This document shows, one piece after another, positions 26,831 through 37,740 of a DNA stretch of 64,000 nt. A program made the position numbers and the translations under genes. Location: the NCBI RefSeq assembly GCF_006345805.1, contig NC_043010.1:5828001-5892000 (forward strand), read 5' to 3'. This DNA comes from Octopus sinensis. Its lineage: Eukaryota. The notes beneath the pieces are model-generated. The model saw only the letters and a list, made by a program, of their open reading frames with translations. It did not search any database and was not told where the DNA came from. Each line of letters begins with the position of its first letter. Positions within the stretch are counted from its first letter, which is position 1.

Positions 26831-27620
26831 AGGAAAGGGAGACATAGATTTCTCCCTAAAGTGTTAAAGTTATTCAAATGATCTCTGAATTGCTGCATTT
26901 TATATCAAAATTACTTAACAAATAATCATATAACTTTCATCGTATTAAAGTTAACCAAACTTATAGTACTGTCCCAGTATTAAAAATAATTATTTCAAAT
27001 ATTTAAATATATTTAGAATTAAATGTCTATGCTAGCATTGCTTTCTAAAATTTCTTGTAATTTCCTCAATAATAATTTAGCAATCTATTTTCCAAATCTT
27101 CAGAACTGTAACCTAAATAGTTTCAAAATAAGTATCATTATAACTTAGTTTCTCCCTGAGGACATTCATTATTTTTCTGTGCAGTAATTACATTAAATGA
27201 AACTCTAAATAGGGGGAAATATCTCTGTCATAAGTATATGTGGGTATGATGGTTCAGTAAGTAGTTCTGGGTGACATTAGAACTATCTAGGCTGGAATGA
27301 AGAGTAAATAATCAGAATACTAAAAGATAATTAGCATGTCATTTTAATAATGAGTTTATTATCAGTGTAACTATAAAAATAGTAAATTGGCATTGTCTTC
27401 ATTTGTCCTCCTTTGAGTTCTGTATATAAAGACTTCATTTCAAATCGCAACCTATCCCCAATGATTAACAATAAGCTTTAAATTATGAACTATAAAATTT
27501 CCTTACGAAAAGTTATAGATCTACAGCTATCAACTTCAACACTATTTTTGATATATGTATTTATAGACACACACAAACACACATACATATATGCATGCAT
27601 ATATATATATATATATATAT

Positions 27621-27752
27621 ATTTATTATATAGAAGGAGCTTCTACAGGACTAGAACTGTTTCATTCAAGAGAAATCTTCAGGAAGCTTCCTGAAGATTT
27701 CTCTTGAATGAAACAGTTCTAGTCCTGTAGAAGCTCCTTCTATATAATAAAT
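27621..27752. repeat. Perfect spacer-less 132-bp palindrome
   Basis: Base-by-base reverse complement centred on AAG|CTT (27686/27687). Confidence 0.97.
27685..27735 (+). ncRNA. Type I hammerhead ribozyme motif (mirror copy on the minus strand at 27638-27688)
   Basis: Stem I AGCUUC/GAAGCU; core CUGAAGA (27691-27697); short stem II UUC/GAA with a U-U closing position; GAAA (27710-27713); stem III ACAG/CUGU; GUA cleavage triplet ending at 27729. Activity untested. Confidence 0.7.
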
Positions 27753-27918
27753 TAATTTTACTCTACTATGTATTGAGTACCTTATTTACTGTGGTTAACC
27801 CCGAATTAACCCGGGACCTACATATATATATATATATATATACGCATATGTATGTACTTACATATGTACATATGTATGTATCTACCAACATACATATACA
27901 CAAACATACACACCGTGA

Positions 27919-27958
<40 letters not shown>

Positions 27959-27984
27959 CATATATGTATATATATGTATGTATG

Positions 27985-28022
<38 letters not shown>

Positions 28023-28267
28023 AACCTAACCTATGCCAGAATGGAAAACGGACATGAAATGACGATGATGATATATATATATAGTCCTCTTTTGAGTTCT
28101 GTATATATATATATGTATATATATGATATAGAGGGCATTATTATACATAAATGCCATATGCTACGAGGGACTCTTAAAGTCAAAACTACCAAAATAAATA
28201 AACACATCATACCAAATGCAACTCTCGAATCAAGTCATTTAAAAACAGAATTATTTATATATATATA

Positions 28268-29000
28268 TATATCATCATCATCGTTTCACGTATGTTTTTC
28301 CATTCTGGCATAGGTTAGGAGGTTTGACGGGAGCTGGTAAGGCTGGAAGCCTTTTGTATGGATGGGAGAGTAAGTCAGAGTGTAAGATAAAGAGACTGAG
28401 CATGACAGAAAGTAAAATAAGGAGAGCAACAGTGAAAGAGATGGTGGTGAAGATGTGCCTTTGAGGGACATTGGGGATGGTGAGAATAAGTGGGATGATA
28501 TAGAGATGTGGATTGGGTGTACGGGGTAGGATGTAGGTGGCTGAGTGAAATATAGGAGAGCCTCAGGGACAGTGGTAGGGGTTGTGGTAGGTATGTGAGG
28601 GCACATAAGTGTTAATGATGGGCAACAACAAGGGGACAAGAAGGCACAGAAAGGAGGTGATTGGTGACCGGTGGGGGAGACAGTGATAAATGGAAGTGGT
28701 TCAGGGTGAGGAAGAAGGTAACTGAGAAAGAAGGAGGGTGTGGTGTGTACCGATTCTGCTCACAGATGATAGACAAATTTCAGATGTTAGGGGATGAAAG
28801 GTCAATTCTGCTGTGATGGGTGGGTCTTTTTGAGTACAGCCAGGTGCCAGATATCTTGGTCCTTTGTCCTCTCTTCCATAAGGTTCAGTGTCTTCAGATC
28901 AGCCTTCAGTGCTTTGTCCCATGTCTTCTTGATTTTTCCCTCTTCCAGGTGTGGCTGAATGGTAAGAAACTTGTATGTATGGATGGATGGATGCATGCAT
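28268..29000 (-). mobile_element. 5'-truncated RTE LINE of a second subfamily (C-terminus plus 3' UTR)
   Basis: EEGKIKKTWDKALKADLKTLNLMEERTKDQDIWHLAVLKKT aligns with RGRPRKTWDEVVKHDLRTLGLTKEMSRDRDLWKYAVREKT. (GAT)n tail abuts (TA)n. Confidence 0.75.
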
Positions 29001-29024
29001 GTTGACTTGACCAACACTATCTGG

Positions 29025-29405
29025 CATGTTTGCACTCAGCCTCTGAGCCCCACAGTGGGGCCTGGCTCAGTGCAGTGCCATCACTCACAACTGGCACTCA
29101 GCTTGATAGCAACTGTCAACATATTGGTGTTTCCCTGAGGCTTGGTTGTCAGATCTATGAGCCTCATGAATACCACTGCAGATTCACTGTGGATTCTTTT
29201 GCCCTCTACCCACTGTCATGCCATCATAGTGCTGGCCACCCTTAATAAGATCACAAAGTATGGCCCAGATGCTTCAGGCTTCCCCTTCAAGCTCAAGCCA
29301 GTGAGGCTAGACTGATAAAGAGCCCAACAGTGTAACAATTTTCTCATTCCATGGTGGTAGGCCCCTCATCTGGATGCAACATGCTGTGACACCTTCTCCA
29401 GCACG
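29025..29405 (+). mobile_element. Decayed CRE-like (restriction-like endonuclease) non-LTR retrotransposon C-terminus
   Basis: Across frameshifts: SGAWLSAVP...IGVSLRLGCQIYEPHEYHC...YPLSC...LNKITK...GFPFKLKPVRLD..KEPNSVTIFSFHGGRPLIW/DATCCDTFS. This follows the zinc-knuckle plus RPD...WD RLE pattern as I recall it. Confidence 0.65.
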
Positions 29406-29640
29406 GGGGCCAGACAGGCGGTACTGGCAACGACCTCGCTTGAATGAATGTATTAAATAGAATTGAAAGAAGCATAGTTGGGTTCATTTTCTGATTTGAG
29501 TAGTTGAAGGGGAAAGACCAGCTGGACTCTGGTGGTAAGACTGAGCTTCGAAATTGTTTATGAGGTTGTATTAAATGAATAAGAAATAAAGCATAAAATA
29601 GTTGTCAGTACATTGGATCTTGCAAGCCTCACAGACTAAG

Positions 29641-30030
29641 AAATACTCTGCCATGTCAATGCAGTTGTTGATTCAGCAAATGAGAAAATTACTCACACAT
29701 TTGATGGGGAAAGAGTAAATTATAAGAGCGTTAATTCTAGTGATGATGAACACAGTCTATTCGTTTATCCCATGGAGTCCTTAAATAGCTATAACTATGG
29801 TGGAATATCCCCATCCGATCACTTGTTTTGACATAGGGAAAGTTATGTGTTGTAATGCAATTACAAAGCTGAAATAAGGTTAATAGATTTTGCAATGGAA
29901 CAAGAATTTGAATAACCCATTTGCATGAATGACCGAAGACATTCTGACTATATTCTGCCATTTACCCTAAGGCAATTATGGCTTCCTCTTCTGAGTGGGT
30001 TTTGCAATGACAATCAATAAATCTCTGTTA
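29641..30030 (+). mobile_element. Helitron PIF1-like helicase pseudogene fragment
   Basis: Across frameshifts: LCHVNAVVDSANEKI...YPMESLNS...FCNGTRI...GFAMTINKS, matching the Helitron motifs YPxEFLNS, LCNGTRL and FAMTINKSQ. Confidence 0.75.
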
Positions 30031-30739
30031 CTCACTGAGTGAAAAAAAAAGTCTGTTCATTCTAAATTATCCATTTGTGATGAGACAATTGTATGCAGTT
30101 TTTGAGAAAACTGCACAGAAAAATGCAGGTAGGACGCCAATATCAAAACTCAGCGGATACTGAAATTTTCCTGGGTCAAAAAAAAATTCTTTCTCTTTAC
30201 CATATACATCAATTTGCACATACATCCATGTTTTAGCAAATGTTTATTCACTATCAATTTTACCTTTTTTTTTCTTTTTTGTTTTCTTTGTAATCATCCT
30301 TTATTGTGAACAACAATGCCAACAAATAATGTTATAATGTACCAGAAGAGGCTCACTCATTTATACACACGTAAACACATATACAACATGTCCGTCATGT
30401 AAATGTGTGTGTGTTTGTGCATACATGTATGTATGTATATACTTTTGGAGGCACATGGTTTAGTGGTTAGGGTGTTGCACTCATGATTGTAAAATTGTAG
30501 TTTTGATTCCTATTCCTGGGTGTTTTGTGTTCTTGAGCCAAACTGCTCATTTCGCATTGTCTCAGACCACTCAGCCAGCAAAAATAAATAATCCTGTCAC
30601 AAACTGGCTTCCTGTGTTGTGGGACAATATATACACTACAGGATCTGGGAAACTGGTCTTATGAGCCTATGGCTCTCGAAGGATCTTTGATCCTTTTTTT
30701 TTTATGCATGTCTACAAATACAGAGCAGCAGACATACAT

Positions 30740-31055
30740 ACACTCATGTATATATAGGTCATGAATGACCATGGGATTGCACCAAGAAGGTGACTCTCCA
30801 AGGCACAAGTCCAGGCAAGATTGTTTATGGAAGACCAGCAGTCACCCATGCATACCAGCTTCTCCTCTCCATGCCACCAATGTTAAACAAAGGAAAGGCA
30901 AAAGGCAACACAGCTTGGTACCAGTGACATTACAACTTATTTCTACAAATGAGTGAACTGGAGCAACATGAACTAAAGTGTCTTGCTCAAGAACACAACA
31001 CACATCCCAGTCCAGGAACTTAACTCACTACCTCAAGATTGTGAACCCAACACTA
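30740..31055 (-). mobile_element. Family D SINE (tRNA-like head, CTTGAGCAAGACACTT core)
   Basis: Matches the copy at 57955-58295. Confidence 0.7.
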
Positions 31056-31061
31056 TGTCCT

Positions 31062-31286
31062 TAATTGTGCAGTTTGTGTATTCATCTGAAGAAAACGCTT
31101 TTTTTATAATAATATAATGTACTCATTAATCAATTAAAAAAATTGTTGGAAACAGCTGTAACAAACAATAGATAGATGTCAGTTCATTACAGCTGTTTCC
31201 AACAAATTTTTTTATTGATTAATGAGTACATTATATTATTATAAAAAAAGCGTTTTCTTCAGATGAATACACAAACTGCACAATTA
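31062..31286. repeat. Fold-back: 100-bp inverted arms with a 25-bp spacer
   Basis: Arms 31062-31161 and 31187-31286 are identical except for one shifted T in an A-run. Confidence 0.95.
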
Positions 31287-31314
31287 GATATATATATATA
31301 TATATATATATATA

Positions 31315-32842
31315 TCATCATCATCATTTAACGTCCGCTTTCCATGCTAGCATGGGTTGGACGGTTCAACTGGGGTCTGGGGAGCCCGAAAGCTGCACCA
31401 GTCCAGTCAGATCTGGCAGTGTTTCTACAGCTGGATGCCCTTCCTAACGCCAACCACTCCGAGAGTGTAGTGGGTGATTTTATGTGCCACCGACACAGGT
31501 GCCAGACGAGGCTGACAAACGGCCATGCTCGGATGGTGTTTTTTATGTGCCACCGACACAGGTGCCAGACGAGGCTGGCAGACGGCCACGCTCGGATGGT
31601 GTTTTTTATGTGCCACCGACACAGGTGCCAGACGAGGCTGGCAGACGGCCACGCTCGGATGGTGTTTTTATGTGCCACCGACACAGGTGCCAGACAGGGT
31701 TGGCAGACGGCCACGCTCGGATGGTGTTTTTATGTGCCACCGACACAGGTGCCAGATGAGGCTGGCAAACGGCCACGATCGGATGGTGCTTGTTACGTGC
31801 CCACAGCACGGAGGCCAGTCGATGCGGTACTGGCTACGGCCACGTTCGGATGGTTTTCTTATGTGCCACGTGCCACCGGCACTGGTACCACAAAGATACA
31901 AATTCCATTGATGTTCATCTATTTTGATTTGTTTTGATTTGATTTGATTTTCACTTGCCTCAACAGGTCTTCACAAGTGTCACAAGAAGGAAGGTATGCA
32001 CAGGTGGACTGACTACGTCCCAGGTAGGGGCCATGGGTTATGGCCTGACTAGTCTTGCCGGGTCTTCGGATGGTGTTTTTATGTGCCACTGACACAGGTG
32101 CTAGATGAGGCTGGCGAACGGCCACGATCGGATGGTGTTTGTCATGTGCCCACCGCACTGACTACGGCACTGATGGATTTCTTGTGTGCCACAGGCACTG
32201 GTACCACAAGATACAAATTCCATTGATGTTCATCTATTTTGTCTATTTTGATTTGATTTGATTTGATTTTCACTTGCCTCAACCGGTCTTCACAAGTGTC
32301 ACAAGAAGGAAGGAAGGTATGCACAGGTGGACTGACTAGTCTTGCCGGGTCTTCGGAAGGTGTTTTTATGTGCCACCGACACAGGTGCCAGATGAGGCTG
32401 GCGAACGGCCATGATCGGATGGTGTTTGTTACGTGCCCACAGCACGGAGGCCGGTCGATGCGGAACTGGCTACGGCCACGTTCGGATGGTTCTCATGTGT
32501 GCCACCGGCACTGGTACCACAAAGTGTGTGCCACCGGCACTGGTACCACAAAGATACAGATTCCATTGATGTTCATCTATTTTGATTTGTTTTGATTTGA
32601 TTTTCACTTGCCTCAACAGGTCTTCACAAGTGTCACAAGAAGGAAGGTATGCACAGGTGGACTGACTACGTCCCAGGTAGAGGCCATGGGTTATGGCCTG
32701 ACTAGTCTTGCCGGGTCTTCGGATGGTGTTTTTATGTGCCACCGACACAGGTGCTAGATGAGGCTGGCGAACGGCCACGATCGGATGGTGTTTGTCATGT
32801 GCCCACAGAACGGAGGCCAGTCGATGCGGTACTGGCTACGGC
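31315..32842 (-). mobile_element. 5'-truncated RTE copy consisting only of the repetitive 3' UTR
   Basis: Same tail and modules as 59131-61150: five 62-63-bp units and three larger modules. (GAT)n tail next to (TA)n. Confidence 0.92.
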
Positions 32843-33132
32843 ATACATATATATACTGATGAAGGTATTTAGCTGTTCCATAAGAGCAATGGAGATACTC
32901 TGTTGATGAGTCCTAATTACAAGACAAAACTATGATCCAGTGTCCTAGATTTGCTCACAGGGCAGTTATCTACCTTGTCAGTCTACATAAATGTGCTTTT
33001 CACACAGCTATATGAATGTAATCTCTTATTTCTAGTAATAATTGTGCTTTTAGCACCCACAGTCACAATTAATGATAACTAAATTTTTCTATATGGCTTT
33101 GGATTGCAGCCAGCTGCTTACACTAATTTGTA

Positions 33133-33181
<49 letters not shown>

Positions 33182-33229
33182 GCAATAAACTGTGGTTGCG
33201 AATACCTGTTGAGTCAAGTGAAATCCTTG

Positions 33230-33538
33230 TCATGACCGATGACAGTACCACCTGATTGGCACCCATGCTGGTGGCACGTAAAAAGCACCATTCAAGCATG
33301 GTCGATGCCAGTACTGCCTGACTGGCCCTCCTGATGGTGGCACATAAAAAGCATCCACTACACTGTCTGAGTGGTTGACATTAGGCAGGGCATCCAGCTG
33401 TAAAAACTTTGCCAGATCAGACTGGAGCCTGATGCAGCTTTCTGGCTTGCCAGCCCTCAGTCAAGCCATCCAACCCATGCCAGCATGGAAAGCAGACGTT
33501 AAACTACGACGACGATGATGATGATGATGATTATGATG

Positions 33539-33540
<2 letters not shown>
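33230..33540 (+). mobile_element. Older RTE 3' UTR fragment
   Basis: GGGCATCCAGCTGTA...CCCATGCCAGCATGGAAAGCAGACGTTAAAC(GAT)n tail. Confidence 0.75.
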
Positions 33541-33574
<34 letters not shown>

Positions 33575-33959
33575 ATATATATACATACATATACACATAC
33601 ATACATACATACATACATACATTCACACACACACATGCACATACACCTGCTCACACACATGATTGTGTATGTATATACCAGCTCAGCAGTATTCAGGAAA
33701 TGCAAACACTTCAAATAGGTTTTTGAAGTATCTACATTTTCAAAATGTCTCTGATCTGGTATTTAGAAAGAGATCTTAGTTTTAAAGAATTTTGAGAATT
33801 TTCCTATTTTCTGCTGTACAAAGATCACATCGTTTGCTTCACTTTTTGTCATGTTAGACCTTTTGATAATTTACATATAATGCTGCAGCCTGAAGCTTCC
33901 CCTTTAACCACAAGATGTAGTCAACTAATTCTGTTTTATCTCTTTTATTATATATCCAC

Positions 33960-34615
33960 TTATGCATGCCTTTCCTCCCTTGGACACACAAAGACCTGTT
34001 GAGGCAAGCGAAGTCGATATCGAACCTCATCCGACGACAGGCACCTATGCCTACACCCCTTTGCTTGTGAAGACCTGTTGAGGCAAGTGAAATCGAAATC
34101 GGAATCGAAATTGAACCAATCCTATGACTGGCACCCGGCAGATGCCAGGACCCCTGGACTGGAGATACGTAAAAAGCACTATCCGAATCGTGGCCGATGC
34201 CAGCGCCGCCTCGACTGGCTTCCGTGTTGGTGGCACGTAAAAAGCACAATCCGAATCGTGGCCGATGCCAGCGCCGCCTCGACTGGCTTCCGTGTCGGTG
34301 GCACTTAAAAAGCACCATCCGAATCGTGGCCGAAGCCAGTGCCGCCTCGACTGGCTTCTGTGCAGGTGGCACGTAAAATGCACCAATCCGACCGTGGCCG
34401 ATGCCAGCCTCGCCTGGCACCAGTGCAGGTGGCACATAAAAAGCACCCACTACACTCACGGAGTGGTTGGCGTTAGGAAGGGCATCCAGCTGTAGAAACA
34501 TTGCCAGATAAGACCGGAGTCTGGTGCAGCCTTCTGGCTTCCCAGATCCCCGGTCGAACCGTCCAACCCATGCTAGCATGGAGAACGGACGTTAAACGAT
34601 GATGATGATGATGAA
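33960..34615 (+). mobile_element. RTE 3' UTR fragment of a sister subfamily with ~60-bp tandem units
   Basis: GAAGACCTGTTGAGGCAAG module, repeated GTGGCACGTAAAAAGCAC...CCGAATCGTGGCCGATGCC units and the same tail. Confidence 0.8.
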
Positions 34616-35251
34616 GATGTTTGATAATTAAATCTTTGCATAAATGTTCTGTCTCAATTTTCAACTAAAAATTTGTTCTTTTACCCTACATGAGGTAGCT
34701 CAGTGCAATAACTCACACCTACTAATTGTGATATAGCATAGTAAATGTGGAAGCATTTTTCAAAATATATTTCCATAACACTTCTAAATACACGAGGTCA
34801 TAGAGTATGAAGAGGTGTGTGTGTGTGCATGCATGAAGTTTTACTTAAGTAGCTGAAGAAGATTTTTGTATCCATTAGATCCAAAGGTTTCACAAGTAAC
34901 TATGTCTTTGAAGAACCATTCTAGCATTTTACTAATACGAAATGACGTTAAATTCACTTTTAATCTAAATTTATTTCATGAAGCATCATGTATTCAGGTC
35001 ACTGACGCAGTTTCACCACAAAAATTTCTACTTCTTGGAAAAGCAAAATTCTATAGGCCCAGGCATTTTATAGGTGCTGACGTAAGCACCCCTGCCATAT
35101 ATGTGTGATTAAGAAGCTCACTTCCCAATAATATGGTTTCGAGTTCTGTCCCACTATGCAGCACTGTGGGCAAGTGTCTTCTTCTACAGCTCAAACACTT
35201 AAAACTAGATCTCAGAGAAAAAAACGGTAAGTAGGCATCACATATATACTA

Positions 35252-35416
35252 TGCAGGAGTGGCTGTGTAGTAAGTAGCTTGCTTACGAACCACATGGTTC
35301 TGGGTTCAGTCCCACTGTGTGGCACCTTAGGCAAATGTCTTCTACTATAGCCTCGGGCCAACCAAAGCCTTGTGAGTGGATTTGGTAGATGGAAATTGAA
35401 AGAAGCCTGTCCTATG

Positions 35417-35453
<37 letters not shown>

Positions 35454-35640
35454 TTGTCCCCCAACATCATTTGACAACCGATGCTGGTGTGCTTATGTCT
35501 CTGAAATTTAACGGTTCGGCAAATGAGACCAATAGAATAAGTACTAGGCTTACAAAGAATAAGTCCTGGGGTTGATTTGCTCGACTAAAGGCAGTGCTCC
35601 AGCATGGTCGCAGTCAAATGACTGAAAGAAAGAAAAGAAA
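35252..35640 (+). mobile_element. Family A SINE
   Basis: Full-length match to the other family A copies. Confidence 0.88.
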
Positions 35641-36113
35641 GAAATACTTAGGTACTACTTGAGAAGAGTGGACCTGATGTGCACTCCCGCGTTAATCAGT
35701 GGATGTTTGCACCTGCACTAGTCAGTAGATGGATGCATGCACATGTGCAAGTCTGTAGCACCCTCCACATCTATAAATATGTGTAAACTGTAAATCTGGG
35801 GGAATTTTGTGTACTCCCATCATACTCTTGAATCTGCATTTTGCAGTTTTCCAGTAATATTCGAGTTTCTTTGGAGGGAAAACTGGGGATGAATGTTTCC
35901 AGAATATTCTAAAACATCTTTTCAGAATGGTTCACTTTTGAATAACATTTTATTTCATTATTTTCACTTTTCTTTATGAGTAACATTTTATTTCAAATTT
36001 ATTTTATTTATTTTGACTAACATTTTATTTCAAATTCAAAATTTGTTTTATTTTCATTCATCAAGTCAGTTGTTTATTTGTTTTATTAGACAGACAGACA
36101 GACAGACAGCTAA

Positions 36114-36146
<33 letters not shown>

Positions 36147-36569
36147 GATAAATAGATAGGCTAATATATAATTGTCTGAAGTCATAAGACTCCCGCTGTC
36201 CTGTTATTACTATTCTTGTTTTTTATTTTTATTTTTATCTTTTGTTTCTTGTATTTTTATTCGTGCAACATCGTCCGGTTTTCTGTCTTTGTTTCATATA
36301 CATTCGATCTTTTTTCCAAGAAATCTAATGCTCGGAGCTTAGTTTTTCCTTGGGGCTGGCTGGATCGGAGCGATATCAGGATTAATCAGCCGAAATTGCT
36401 AAGATGATCCGGTTCCCGACTGAAGATTAGAGGCTTCGAATGACCCGTCTGTTTTTTTGTGTCGTCTCTTTGTGTAGTTTGCGTTCTTGTCCCCTTTTGT
36501 ACATTTTATATATAAGTTTTATACATATATTATTGCGGCGTAACGTACCCCTTTCTCCTAATATATAGG

Positions 36570-36629
<60 letters not shown>

Positions 36630-37045
36630 GATAGATAAGCTGATATATAGGTAGATAGAGAGATAGACAGATAGGTTGATTGATTGATTGATAGATAGAT
36701 AGAAAAAATTCCCTCCATCCCACCCAATTTACAGCTTATACATATTTATACATGTGGAGAGTTTTTTTATCGCAGGTGCCTCTGACTTGTGCATATGCAT
36801 GCATCCGTCTACTGACTGGCATGGGTGTGCACATCCACCGACTAGTGCAGGTGCATGCATTGGGTCCACTCTTCTTAAATAGTACCCGTACTTCCATGCA
36901 TGTGTGTGTGCATGCTTATGTCACACAGTCTTGAGATCATGTGCTGATTGTCAATGAATGTCACCATCATACAAGAGGTGTCATTCATTTGCATTCTTTC
37001 ATAGAATCATATCTACCATTGTATTGTTTGTGTTCTAAGGACAAA

Positions 37046-37350
37046 TCTTTATATATAAAACTGTAGTTGTGTGTGTGTCTGTCTACTCCAATTTAGATTC
37101 CTAACTACTCCCACATTTTGCAGTGCAGTTTAACCAAAACCGGGTATCTTACAGTCGTGATTCATATCGGGCCCTTCTGGGTATTAGCGCGCACATACGA
37201 TGAGTCTACGATTTAAAAAAAAAAATTACCATCATTTTTCCGCATTTTTAATGCATTTTCGCTCGGTTTATATAAGGGAGGTAACTCTCTAAAATTGCTT
37301 CTATAGTTATTTCCCTTACAAACCCGAGCAACGCCGGGCGATACTGCTAG
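37046..37350 (+). mobile_element. Non-autonomous Helitron
   Basis: A|TC...hairpin...CTAG|T; same family as 4598 and 9589. Confidence 0.85.
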
Positions 37351-37708
37351 TATTACCTAAACAGCAAACAAGTGATGACTGGTGATAGGCACTGAGTTAT
37401 AGAAAATCTGTCGCAATAAATTTTATCTGACTCATGCAAGCATGGAAGAGAGGATCTTAGAGCAATGATGATGATGCTGATGATATATTCGATGAATACT
37501 TTAGCATTGACTTCAGTGCTTTGCAACGAAGCCAGTTGCAGGTGAAGCTTTGAAGTCAATTTTTCGGCTTTTCATATAAAAAAAATTATATATTTATAAT
37601 CTACTTACTTTTATCAAAATGCTCTCTCAGGTAATATTTGAGTGTTTTTATATATAATATCCTTATTGCTCTCTCTCTCTCTCTCTCACGCACACACACA
37701 CATACATT

Positions 37709-37740
<32 letters not shown>

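Noticed and set aside
31328-32778. Many overlapping 60-197 aa ORFs, also at 59.2-61.2 kb
   Set aside because: GC-rich RTE 3' UTR tandem repeats read in all frames; no coherent protein.
36380-36450. Hammerhead-like CTGAAGA...GAA motif, with a homologue at ~1650-1720 on the minus strand
   Set aside because: The position after GAA is T rather than A and the stems cannot be built convincingly.
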